Of a stretch of DNA of 64,000 bases, positions 36,532 through 45,685 are shown in pieces. Both the position numbers and the translations under genes were made by a program. Position 1 is the stretch's first letter. Each line of letters starts with the position of its first letter. Below the pieces are notes generated by a model. It saw nothing but the letters and a program-made list of their open reading frames with translations. It was not told where the DNA came from and searched no databases. The DNA is from Planctomycetota bacterium (lineage in GTDB: Bacteria > Planctomycetota > MHYJ01 > WSZJ01), in NCBI GenBank assembly GCA_038060895.1, contig JBBTCT010000022.1:192001-256000 (forward strand), given 5' to 3'.

Positions 36532-36705
36532 GGCGCGTTCTCCCGCAATTTGGGTTGCCGGAATCGTAGTGCCGGCGGGGTCGCTGCGATAGGGGGATGA
36601 AGCGGGCGCGGCAGGCCCGGCAATTTCGGCGCGTGGCCCGGTGCCGCGGCCGTAGTGCAGGGCGCCCGCTTGCCGGGCCCCCCTGGACGGACTATCGTTG
36701 GCCGC

Positions 36706-37185
36706 ATGACAAAGCGCGCCGTGCCGGTTCTTACCCTGATCTTCGCCGCCTGCATGCCGGCCACTCCGCCGCAGGCGAAGGTCACGATGGCGATTTCCGT
36801 GCGCGTTTCGGAGAACGCGGACGTCGCGGCCGTCTCCGTGAACGGCCAGCCGCGCGGGAAGACGCCGCTCGAGCTCGACGCACTGACGCTGCCGTTTGAC
36901 GCGGCGATCAAGCCCAGGTCCTGGCCTCCGCCCGGCGCGCAGGTCTTCTCGCCCACGAGCACAACCCACGGCAAACAGGAGTCGAGCTTCGCCCTCGCCA
37001 TCGCCGGCGACATCGTCTACGTCCGCACGCTCCTCCACGGCGCTGAGACGATCGGCGCCGTCCGTCTCTCGGTTGCCGGCGCCAACGGCGCTTCGCTCGA
37101 GTTCGACAGCGCCGAGAAGGAACTGAACTCCTCCATCGGCCGCGCGGAGCACAAAGTCCGGCTGTACTACAAGGCACGCAAGTAG
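36706..37185 (+). CDS. Putative lipoprotein with a PEGA-like segment
   Basis: Lipobox FAAC; VNGQPRGKTPL. Confidence 0.65.
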   Translation: MTKRAVPVLTLIFAACMPATPPQAKVTMAISVRVSENADVAAVSVNGQPRGKTPLELDALTLPFDAAIKPRSWPPPGAQVFSPTSTTHGKQESSFALAIAGDIVYVRTLLHGAETIGAVRLSVAGANGASLEFDSAEKELNSSIGRAEHKVRLYYKARK

Positions 37186-37211
37186 ATTCCGGAAACTCTC
37201 GGAGGCACTTC

Positions 37212-37586
37212 ATGAAGAAACTCGCGCTTCTTGTCCCCGTGGCCTTCCTCTCCCTCGCCTGCGGCGCAGCCCCCGGCTACCTCAACACCGACGTCATGGC
37301 CCCCGAAAACCTCGGCAACCCCGTCGCCGCCGGCGTCCGCGTCCAGGGAGAACTCATGACGGACGGGACGCTCACCTGCCAGGGCGCAGGCGAAGTCCAC
37401 AAGGCGTACACCGACTACGTGGAAGCGATGCGCGGCCAGGGCTGGGAGCCGCGCTCGGCCGACGGCGACGACGTCAGCAGCATGAAGTGTTCGCTGAAGA
37501 AGGACACGCGGCAGGTGGACGTCGCGATCACCGCCGAGGGGAACGGGGCGATCAAGGTGGTCGTCACGGTGGGGACGGCGAAGTAG
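37212..37586 (+). CDS. Putative lipoprotein
   Basis: RBS GGAGG; lipobox SLAC. Confidence 0.75.
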   Translation: MKKLALLVPVAFLSLACGAAPGYLNTDVMAPENLGNPVAAGVRVQGELMTDGTLTCQGAGEVHKAYTDYVEAMRGQGWEPRSADGDDVSSMKCSLKKDTRQVDVAITAEGNGAIKVVVTVGTAK

Positions 37587-37845
37587 GCTCGACCTTTGCC
37601 CTGAATCCTCGCCGCCCTCGCTATGGCCGCTTCGACCTGCTCCGCCGGCGAGTCTGAGAACGTGGTGCTCTGCGACTGCCAGTGGAAGAGCGAGGAGGTG
37701 CGCGCGTGTTGGCGGCAATTGGATTTCGGAGGGAAATCGAGCGCCGATTCCAGAGCGGCAGCAAGCTGCGGATCGGCAATTCCTGAGCAGTTGGCCGGAA
37801 GATGTTGGTCGCACTTCGATACTCGACCGATATCATCTAGAACTA

Positions 37846-39669
37846 ATGAGTTCTGCTTCCTGCGCTTGGCAAGGCTCTGTCTCTTCCTTCCTGGAAACTT
37901 CGGAGGAACGCGTCCTTTCCGATCTCACCGCGTTTCTGCGCGAAACCGGCGCGCCTCAGATCCTCGCCTGGGATCGCTCTCTCCGCGTCTTGCGAGACCA
38001 GCTCCATACGTGTATGCCCGACGCCTCGAACTTCGCACTCGTCCTCGAATTCGAACTTCCGCGAAGCGGTGGCAGGCGCCCGGACTTGATCGTTCTGGAG
38101 AACGGCCTCGTCCTCGTCATCGAATTCAAGAATCGCGTAACTGCGGAAGCGGCGGACCTCGCCCAGGTGAAGGGGTACGTGCGCGACCTCGAGGACTACC
38201 ACGCCGCTTGCCGCGGCAAGACGCTCGTTCCGATCCTCGTGCCGATCGGGATGGAAGGGGAGCCCGAGGAGCGTGACGGCGTGCGCGTCGTCCCGTCGCG
38301 TCTGTTAGGCAGGGTGATTCGCGAGATCTCCAAAGGCGGCGAGGGGAAGCGCGGCGACGGGGAAGCGTTCGTTCTGGCACCATTTGAGCCTCTCCCCGCT
38401 CTTGTCGACGCCGCACGCCTACTATTCGAGCGCAAGCCTCTCCCTCGTATCAGAGCTGCCGAATCGGCACGCATCCCGGCGACGGTGGCCCGCCTCGAGC
38501 GGCTCGCTCGAGAAGTGCGCGGCACCGGAAGGCGGTCGCTCGCGCTTGTCTCGGGAGTGCCGGGAAGTGGCAAGACGCTTGTGGGTCTTCAACTGGTGCA
38601 CTCGCGCGACCTCGGTGTCCCGGCGGTGTTCCTCTCCGGAAACGGGCCGCTCGTCAACGTTCTCCAGTACGTCCTGGAGAACAAAGAGTTCGTGCGCGAC
38701 ATGAAGAAATTCATTCACGACCACCTCGTGCGTACGACCTCGGCGCCGCGGGAACACGTCGTTGTGTTCGACGAAGCGCAGCGAGCGTGGGACCGAGACC
38801 GTGTGCTCAAGAAGCATCGCGGGGCACTGGCGGACGGCGAGCCGGCTCTTCTCGCGAGGATTGCGACCAAGGTGAGCGACGGATTTGTGCTTGTCGCCCT
38901 GATCGGGACAGGGCAGGAGATCCATGAGGGAGAAGAAGGCGGGATTGCCCAGTGGGTGGGCGCGCTGAAAGAGGTCGGCGGGTGGGATGTGCTTGGACCC
39001 CCCGGGTACCGGGAGGAATTCGTGAAGGCCGGAATCGAATACACGGCGGATGACCTGCTTCATCTCACGGTAGCGCTTCGGAGTCACAGGGCGTCCGACA
39101 CGGCTCTGTGGGCCGGGCTCCTTCTTGAAGGTCGCCTGACCGAAGCGGCGAGCGTCGCTGCCGGCATGCGCGACAACAATTTCGAGATTCTCGGTTCACG
39201 ATCGCTGAACGCTCTTCGCGACTATGCGCGTGAGCGATACAGCAATGAGTCCGGAAAGAGGTTTGGGCTGGTGACTTCGTCGAGATTCCGAAATATCGAC
39301 GAGTACGGAGTGCGAACGCCACCCGCGAAATTCTTTCCGCATGGGCCGTGGTATGAGAGCCATCGTGACGATCCGAAATCCTGTTGTCGCCTCGAGGTCG
39401 CCGAAACGGAATTTGGATGCCAAGGACTGGAGCTAGACTTTCCGATCGTCTGCTGGGGACCGGACCTTGTCTGGCGCGGAGCTCACTGGGAAGTGGTGAT
39501 CAAGCGACGGAATCCCGACGTAAGGAATCCGGCCAAGCTGAGGCTCAACGCATACCGAGTCCTCCTGACGCGCGGCCGAGACGGCATGGCCGTGTTTGTG
39601 CCTCCTGGCCAAGCCGGAGACGCAACCTGGAGTGCACTCTTGGCGGGCGGGATCCGCGAACTGGCTTAG
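37846..39669 (+). CDS. DUF2075 family (Schlafen group 3-like) helicase with an N-terminal nuclease-like domain
   Basis: RPDLIV..VIEFK, GVPGSGKT, FDEAQRAW, CQGLELD, NAYRVLLTRGR. Confidence 0.88.
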   Translation: MSSASCAWQGSVSSFLETSEERVLSDLTAFLRETGAPQILAWDRSLRVLRDQLHTCMPDASNFALVLEFELPRSGGRRPDLIVLENGLVLVIEFKNRVTAEAADLAQVKGYVRDLEDYHAACRGKTLVPILVPIGMEGEPEERDGVRVVPSRLLGRVIREISKGGEGKRGDGEAFVLAPFEPLPALVDAARLLFERKPLPRIRAAESARIPATVARLERLAREVRGTGRRSLALVSGVPGSGKTLVGLQLVHSRDLGVPAVFLSGNGPLVNVLQYVLENKEFVRDMKKFIHDHLVRTTSAPREHVVVFDEAQRAWDRDRVLKKHRGALADGEPALLARIATKVSDGFVLVALIGTGQEIHEGEEGGIAQWVGALKEVGGWDVLGPPGYREEFVKAGIEYTADDLLHLTVALRSHRASDTALWAGLLLEGRLTEAASVAAGMRDNNFEILGSRSLNALRDYARERYSNESGKRFGLVTSSRFRNIDEYGVRTPPAKFFPHGPWYESHRDDPKSCCRLEVAETEFGCQGLELDFPIVCWGPDLVWRGAHWEVVIKRRNPDVRNPAKLRLNAYRVLLTRGRDGMAVFVPPGQAGDATWSALLAGGIRELA

Positions 39670-39674
39670 CGTTT

Positions 39675-40049
39675 TCAACCACGTTTTACAGTTCTTGCCG
39701 TCCGGACCCTGTGGACGACGGGAGGGGGGTCCGTTTTCGTGGCGTCGACTTGCCTGAACCTGCGTCGATCTCCTTTCGATTTCCTAGCCCAACTTTCGTC
39801 GGTCACCGACCAGTCGCCGTAGTACATGCCGTCGTAGTAGAGCAGGCACTCGCACGTCACCTGCAGGTCGGCGCTTGCGCACTCGTCTGGCTGCCCCTCA
39901 CCGTCGAGAGGACAGCACTTCAGGTCGCCCGCGTATGTCGTGTGGACGTAAGAGAGCGGACCGAGAATCGGGCCCTGTTCGCCCCAATCGTTGAGTTCTG
40001 ACCGATCGGTGGTCTCGGTTCCATGGAAGAGTTCGAGGTAGACGGGCAT
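39675..40049 (-). CDS. Hypothetical protein
   Basis: RBS AAGGAGG; YLELFHG...DWGEQGPILGP...YYDGMYYGDWSV. Confidence 0.7.
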   Translation of the reverse strand: MPVYLELFHGTETTDRSELNDWGEQGPILGPLSYVHTTYAGDLKCCPLDGEGQPDECASADLQVTCECLLYYDGMYYGDWSVTDESWARKSKGDRRRFRQVDATKTDPPPVVHRVRTARTVKRG

Positions 40050-40313
40050 GGAACCTCCTTGATCCGTGTGAGTTCAGAATTCCAATCGTGTGACATTGAT
40101 ACGTCCCGATCGAAAAACTCCTGGAGGAATTCCCAGGAATTCGGACAAGGTTCCACCGCGCCTGCCACCTCCTAGAACTCCTCAATGTGATTCCCCGTCC
40201 TCTTCCGCTTCACCCGGTCGAACTCCTTCACCGTCTTCGGGGATGAGGTCGAGGAACGCTTCCGATGCCACGACCTCGCGAGGCCGGGAGGAGTGGCGGG
40301 TTATCCTGCAACT

Positions 40314-41111
40314 ATGCGAGCGCCGGCCCACTACGAATACACCGGCCTCATGGCCCAATCCTGGGACCTTCTCCGCGGCGACACTTCCGCCTGGCCCGAC
40401 CGTGCGTTCTACCTCGAGGTCATCCGCCGGCACGGGCAGCCGGTGCTGGATGTCGGGTGCGGGACGGGGCGGCTGCTGCTGGATTTTCTCGCGCAAGGGA
40501 TCGACGTGGACGGGGTGGACAACTCACCGGAGATGCTGGCGTTGTTGCGGGAGAAAGCTCGGGTGGCGGGACTGCAACCGCGCGTCTACGAGCAGCCGAT
40601 GGAAGCGCTCTCGCTGCCGCGGCGCTACCGGACGATTCTCATTCCGTCGAGCTCGCTTCAGCTGGTCACGGACGTCGCGGCGGCCGGAGCGGCGCTGCGC
40701 GGGATGCGGTCGCTTCTCCCGGAAGGCGGCGTCCTGGTCGCGCCGTTCATGACGCTCTGGCACGAAGGCCAGCCGCTGGAGTCGGGGCGCGAGACGAGGG
40801 CGGTGCGGCCGGCGGACGGGGCGGTTTTCCGGCGGATCGAGAAGTGCCGCTTCGACCCGGCGAATGGATGCGAGCACACGGAGGACCGGTATGAGGTGAT
40901 CGTGGACGGCCGCGTGGTCGGGGAGGAGACGCACCGGCGGTCGCCGGCGACGCGGTCGTACACGCAGGAGGAGGCGCGGCGGCTGTTTCTGGAAGCGGGG
41001 TTCGCGGAGGTGACGGTGACCAGCGGGTTCAGGTTGGTCGCCGCGAAGGCGGACGACCTGTTGTTCTGCGTGACCGCGCTGGATTCGAGGGCCCGTCCCG
41101 GGATAAGCTGA
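40314..41111 (+). CDS. Class I SAM-dependent methyltransferase
   Basis: VLDVGCGTGR, GVDNSPEML. Confidence 0.9.
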   Translation: MRAPAHYEYTGLMAQSWDLLRGDTSAWPDRAFYLEVIRRHGQPVLDVGCGTGRLLLDFLAQGIDVDGVDNSPEMLALLREKARVAGLQPRVYEQPMEALSLPRRYRTILIPSSSLQLVTDVAAAGAALRGMRSLLPEGGVLVAPFMTLWHEGQPLESGRETRAVRPADGAVFRRIEKCRFDPANGCEHTEDRYEVIVDGRVVGEETHRRSPATRSYTQEEARRLFLEAGFAEVTVTSGFRLVAAKADDLLFCVTALDSRARPGIS

Positions 41112-41115
41112 ATCC

Positions 41116-41394
41116 ATGTCAACGCTTCCCGACCACGGCGACTTCTTCGTCAAAACCACGCTCAACGAAGACCTCAAGGCGATTCGCCAGGCCACCGAGA
41201 TGGCGAAGCAGAACCCCTCGAAGCCGGGGCACTACTGGCTGCGGGCGGTGATCAAGGGGGACGGGCCGGAAGGGAAGTTCGAGGTGATCAAGATGTATCA
41301 CGTGGACCTGAACGCGGGGATCGTGGAGATCACGGAGACGATGGAAGGCGAAGAGCGGGCGCGGCGGACGCGCAAGCTGGACGATCTGGGGTAG
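41116..41394 (+). CDS. Hypothetical protein
   Basis: GC3-biased ORF following the methyltransferase. Confidence 0.6.
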   Translation: MSTLPDHGDFFVKTTLNEDLKAIRQATEMAKQNPSKPGHYWLRAVIKGDGPEGKFEVIKMYHVDLNAGIVEITETMEGEERARRTRKLDDLG

Positions 41395-41420
41395 GCTCGT
41401 TTGCGGCGAGGGTCGAAACG

Positions 41421-41489
41421 ATGGGCTATGACGAAAAGCTGGCCGGCCGGATTGCCGGGAAGCTCGACGGGAAGAAGCCTCGGAAGTGA
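41421..41489 (+). pseudogene. Possible TfoX-N family start remnant
   Basis: MGYDEKLAGRI resembles the TfoX_N start MAYDE.LA.RI; stop after 22 codons. Confidence 0.4.
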
Positions 41490-41542
41490 GCGGCCCGCGG
41501 AACCGATCAGGCTTTCGCCGCACGAGCCGCTAACATGAGGGC

Positions 41543-42514
41543 ATGATCCGACTTGCCGCTCTCCTTCTGCCGTTCCTGGCCGGCGTTTCCGCGGCCCAGT
41601 CGCCGGCGACGCAGGTCACTTTCGAGCTGAACGACGCGTTCGTGAAAGGAAAGGCGCTGGAAGGGGTGGAGGTTTCGCTTCAGCGAAGCCCTGAAGGTCC
41701 TGTCGAGCACTCGGGGTTCACGGGCGCGGGCGGTCGCCTGGTGATCATCGTGGAGCCTGGGAAGTGGCTCGTGTCGTACCGGCTGCGCGGATACGTGCCG
41801 GTCGTGCGGAGCGAGACGGACTTTGTCCGCGGTGCGGCGATCGTGACGACGAGCCTGTCGATGAACCTTGAGAGCGAAGGGAGCGACGGCGGCCGCCGGG
41901 TCCGGATGATCCTGAACTGGGGATCCGGCGCTGACCAGGTCCGCGACCTGGATGCGCACGCGCTGTGTGTGTGCGTGCCGGCCAATCCGCACATCTACTA
42001 CCAGGCGAGGATGCACGAGGCCGGTGCGCACGAGGTGTCGCTGGATGTCGACGACCGGGACGGGGGCGGGCCGGAGACGATCACGCTACGGGATCCCACG
42101 CCGGGACAATATCGGTACTTCGTGCACAACTTCAGCGGCGCGCCGGCGCGGCTCGGCGCTTCGGACGCCGTCGTGCGCGTCCTCTCGGGGGACGAACTGA
42201 TCGGGGAATTCCGCGTGCCGCCCGACGTCGCGGAGCGGGTGTGGCGGCCGTTCAAGGCGATCGAAGTGACGCCCGAGGGAAAAGTCTGGATCGTGCCGTT
42301 CGCGGAGTCCGAACTGAAGCGCGCCGAGGACCGGCGGGCACCTGTCGGGACGTCGACGTTCCGGGAACCGGCGGATGAGGAAGGGGCGCCGGTGCGTGCC
42401 GCCGCGCCGGCGAAGAAGGACAACTCCTCTTCCTTCGGGGTCCCGATCGCCGTACTGGTTGTCGTCCTCATCATCCTGGCCGAATTGTTTTTGCGCCGCA
42501 GGCGCGCTTCCTGA
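41543..42514 (+). CDS. Exported protein with a DUF2135/YfaP-like domain and a C-terminal membrane anchor
   Basis: Signal peptide; LNWG...DLDAH, LDVDD.DGGGPETIT, YFVHNF. Confidence 0.7.
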   Translation: MIRLAALLLPFLAGVSAAQSPATQVTFELNDAFVKGKALEGVEVSLQRSPEGPVEHSGFTGAGGRLVIIVEPGKWLVSYRLRGYVPVVRSETDFVRGAAIVTTSLSMNLESEGSDGGRRVRMILNWGSGADQVRDLDAHALCVCVPANPHIYYQARMHEAGAHEVSLDVDDRDGGGPETITLRDPTPGQYRYFVHNFSGAPARLGASDAVVRVLSGDELIGEFRVPPDVAERVWRPFKAIEVTPEGKVWIVPFAESELKRAEDRRAPVGTSTFREPADEEGAPVRAAAPAKKDNSSSFGVPIAVLVVVLIILAELFLRRRRAS

Positions 42515-42619
42515 CCGGCGACGAGGTTTCCCGGGACCTTCCGGCGGCCTCCCGGCGCCGACGCGTCGCAGGTGAGCGTGCTGCTCACGCTCGGCGGCGT
42601 GGTCGACGAGGTCCTGAAG

Positions 42620-43032
42620 TAGCCGCGCGCCGACTTCAGGCGCGCACCACGCTTCGAGTACCTGCGAGCCGAGTTCCTTCTGGTCACGGCCGATTTTCTC
42701 CAGCGTCGTCGAGCGCAGCCGCCGGCGAGTGCGTGGCCGTTGATGGCGGCGACGAGGGGTTTGGGGAACGTGAAAGCGGCGCGGAGCGCGTCGTGAAGTG
42801 CCGGGATCAGATCGCGGATGTACGTGGGCCCGCCGTCGGCGAGTTGTTTGATGTCGAGCCCGGCGGAGAATATCGGGCCGTCTGCGGCGAGGACCACGGC
42901 GCGCGACCCGGATTTCGCCTCGCTCGCGAACGCCGCTTCCAGCTCGCGCAGCAGTCCGACGTCCATCGCGTTCGCCTTGCCCTGTCGGAGGCGCAGGATC
43001 GTGATCGCACTGCGGGATTCGGTGGCGAGCAT
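42620..43032 (-). pseudogene. Enoyl-CoA hydratase with an internal deletion
   Basis: KANAMD, FSAGLD and AAINGHALAGGC, then a frame switch to C-terminal-like LRSTTLEKI...EAW. Confidence 0.75.
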
Positions 43033-43096
43033 GGAGGTCCATGGAACCATGCCCGCGGCCGGGGCGCACGCCGTTCGGAATTCTGCGAAATTCCGC

Positions 43097-43150
43097 TTGA
43101 CATGAAATGAATTATAATGGATCATAATGACATGAAACGATATGAGACGG
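43097..43150 (+). promoter_or_regulatory. Promoter with five phased 10-bp imperfect direct repeats
   Basis: TTGACA, then catgaaatga/attataatgg/atcataatga/catgaaacga/tatgagacgg. Confidence 0.55.
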
Positions 43151-44265
43151 ACTTCGACGCCGCCCTGGCGTTCCTCCAGGTCAGCCGCTCCACCCTGAAC
43201 CGCTGGGTCCACGACGGCAAACTCCCCGCCCGAAAGGTCGGCGGCCAGTGGCGCTTCTCCGAAGAAGACCTCACCAGACTCCGCGACGGATCCGGGGAGC
43301 CCGCCCCGCTCGTCCGCGCTCGAGAAGAGCTGAAGACTTTCCTCGAATCCTCACGGGCCAACCGAAAGGGACCGAAAAACATGAACGCCATCGACACGAA
43401 ATCGCAGCCGCTCGCCGAAGCCCTGGTCTGGGAAGCGCACGACCGCAAGGCCTCCGAGCTGCACCTCCAGCCGAGGAAGGACGGCGTCCACATCTCCGTG
43501 GGCAAAGAAGCGCGGCTCGAGACGATCCGCGTCATTCCGGCGGACCTCGCGCGCGAACTCGAGCAGGCATGGGAAGAAATCGGGCTGCCGTTCGGCGACT
43601 CGGGCATCCGCCGGATCTTCCTCAGTCGCGCCGGGGACCAGGCCGTGAACGAAGTCTCCGTGCTACTCCAGGCCATCGACACCCTCCAGGGGCGCCGCGT
43701 CACGCTACGCTTCATGGGCGGCGGCCGCATCGCCGACCTCGATACCGTCGCGCCGAAAGCCGACGACCGCGCCGTCTTCGAGCGCTGGCTCAAGCGCCCC
43801 AACGGGATCATTCTCTTCTCGGGCCCGACCGGCTCCGGCAAGACGACGACGCTCCTCTCCTGCCTTCAGCATCTCGCGAAGGACGCCGGGCTGGCCGTCT
43901 TCAGCCTCGAGTACCCCGCTTATGTCCGCGTCGATGGCGTCGACCAGGTTGAGGTTCCGAGCGAAGACGGCCCGGTCGTCAAGGCCGCGCTCGAGCGCAT
44001 CATGAGGATGTATCCCAACGCGATCGGAATCTGCGTCGAGACCGAAGAAGCCGCCGCGGCCGCGCTGAACATGGCGATCACGGGGCATCTCGTGCTGATG
44101 CAGGTGCATGCAGAAGAGCACGAGGCGGCGGTGAAGCGCCTCGAGCAGCTCGCAGGCAGGCCGGTCGCGCCGTCCGTGATCGGGGTGATCTCGCAGCGGC
44201 TCAAGCGCGGCGACGCGGGCGGGAAGGTGGCTGAGTACCGCTTCTGGGAGCCTGGCGGGAGATAG
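43132..44265 (+). CDS. Excisionase-type HTH (HTH_17) fused to a GspE/PilB-like ATPase
   Basis: LQVSRSTLNRWV..GKLPARKVGGQWRF; ASELHLQP; GPTGSGKTTT; AITGHLVL. Confidence 0.85.
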   Translation: MKRYETDFDAALAFLQVSRSTLNRWVHDGKLPARKVGGQWRFSEEDLTRLRDGSGEPAPLVRAREELKTFLESSRANRKGPKNMNAIDTKSQPLAEALVWEAHDRKASELHLQPRKDGVHISVGKEARLETIRVIPADLARELEQAWEEIGLPFGDSGIRRIFLSRAGDQAVNEVSVLLQAIDTLQGRRVTLRFMGGGRIADLDTVAPKADDRAVFERWLKRPNGIILFSGPTGSGKTTTLLSCLQHLAKDAGLAVFSLEYPAYVRVDGVDQVEVPSEDGPVVKAALERIMRMYPNAIGICVETEEAAAAALNMAITGHLVLMQVHAEEHEAAVKRLEQLAGRPVAPSVIGVISQRLKRGDAGGKVAEYRFWEPGGR

Positions 44266-44296
44266 GCTCCCGCGCGACGGCGGCCCGTTGCGTAAG

Positions 44297-45613
44297 ATGC
44301 CGGGGATGCCTCTGCTTCGCCGCCCGGGCTGGATCTGCGCCGCCGTCGCGCTCGCTTGCCTTGCCGGATGCGGGCAGAAAAAGCCGGCCGCATCCCGAAC
44401 TTCTTCGCCGGCGCCTCAGGAAATCACCGAACTCGACGCGGGGGAGCTCTTCACGAAGCTTCTTCCCGAAGGACTCCAGGCGCGCGTCACCCGCCGCGAG
44501 TACGCAGGCTACCGCGAGGGAGGCGTCTTCGTCATCGACGGCGACTACCAGTTCTTCCTCACCGTCATCAACAGCACGGCCGCGCCGGCGCGTGCGACGT
44601 GCCCGAAGTACCTGCTCGGCAAGGGCGAGGGGTGGAGGAACCCCAATCCGGGCGAAGGGCGGGAGCCGGAGTTCCTCTATTTCATGGTCGTCCGCGACCG
44701 GGAACTGCGGATCCCCGCGGGACAGGAGACGCGCGTTGAGCTCCGTGAAGCGCATTACCTGGGCAACGTAAACCGACCGCCCTATTTCGGGCCGGGGACG
44801 GAGCCGGAGCTGCGGATCTCGGTGCCGGCTGCGGATTCGCAGTATGTCAGAGCCGCTGAAGCGCTCGAAGCCCTGAAACCGTCGCTGGCGCCCTGGTTCC
44901 CGGGCCTCGCTTTCAGCCTCATTTCCGACGCGTCCCCCGACGAGATCCAGCGCAAGCGAATCCTGGCGTGGGAGTGGGTCGGGCTGAAGAGGCTTCGCGA
45001 GGCGCTGGAAGGGGCCGGTGTCCGGCCGCGGCAGGCATCGTCCTTCGAGGAGGCCGCGAAAAAGCGCGAGGGCATTCTCGGGAAGCTGCGCGCGGCCGTT
45101 GACGCCGCCGAGGCGATCCGCGCGGTGGACGAGCGATCGTGCGCCGGCGACGTCGAGGTCGCCGTCGCGGTCGCAGCTTTCCTCAAGCCGGAAGCCGACC
45201 GGACGGAGAAGTCACCGCTTCCCCTGGTCCTGGGCCGCCTCAAGGTCCGCGACCCCCGCATTCTCGACCGGCTCTTCGAATTCGCCCTGCGCGACGGCCA
45301 CGAATTCAGCCGCGTGCAGGCGGCCATGGAGGGAGCGAAGCTCGGCGACCCCCGGTGCATTCCGCTGCTCGTGCAGTACAGCCGGAACCCGGCCATGGCC
45401 GATGGCGACGTGGCGAAACTGGCCCAGGAATGCACCGGCACGCTGGTCGAGTTGTGGGAAGCGCAGGGAAAGTTCGCGCGGGGAGGGAAATGGAAAGAAG
45501 CCATCGACCGCTTCGGCGGCCTGGATGCCCCCGATCTGGCGGCCGTCCCGCAGGGGCAGCTCGCCGAGCTCAGGACCTTCCTCGAGTCCGGAAAAAACCT
45601 CCGCAGGAAATAG
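44297..45613 (+). CDS. Putative lipoprotein with HEAT-like repeats
   Basis: Lipobox LAGC; LGDPRCIPLL. Confidence 0.65.
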   Translation: MPGMPLLRRPGWICAAVALACLAGCGQKKPAASRTSSPAPQEITELDAGELFTKLLPEGLQARVTRREYAGYREGGVFVIDGDYQFFLTVINSTAAPARATCPKYLLGKGEGWRNPNPGEGREPEFLYFMVVRDRELRIPAGQETRVELREAHYLGNVNRPPYFGPGTEPELRISVPAADSQYVRAAEALEALKPSLAPWFPGLAFSLISDASPDEIQRKRILAWEWVGLKRLREALEGAGVRPRQASSFEEAAKKREGILGKLRAAVDAAEAIRAVDERSCAGDVEVAVAVAAFLKPEADRTEKSPLPLVLGRLKVRDPRILDRLFEFALRDGHEFSRVQAAMEGAKLGDPRCIPLLVQYSRNPAMADGDVAKLAQECTGTLVELWEAQGKFARGGKWKEAIDRFGGLDAPDLAAVPQGQLAELRTFLESGKNLRRK

Positions 45614-45685
45614 CCGCCCCGTCCGTGGCTACAATGCCCGTGTCCTTTCGCCGTTCCGTGGAATCGCGGTCGCAGGGGGTGCGGC

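Noticed and set aside
43132-43290. Prophage excisionase marking an integrated element
   Set aside because: The HTH is fused to an ATPase, and no integrase or att site is nearby
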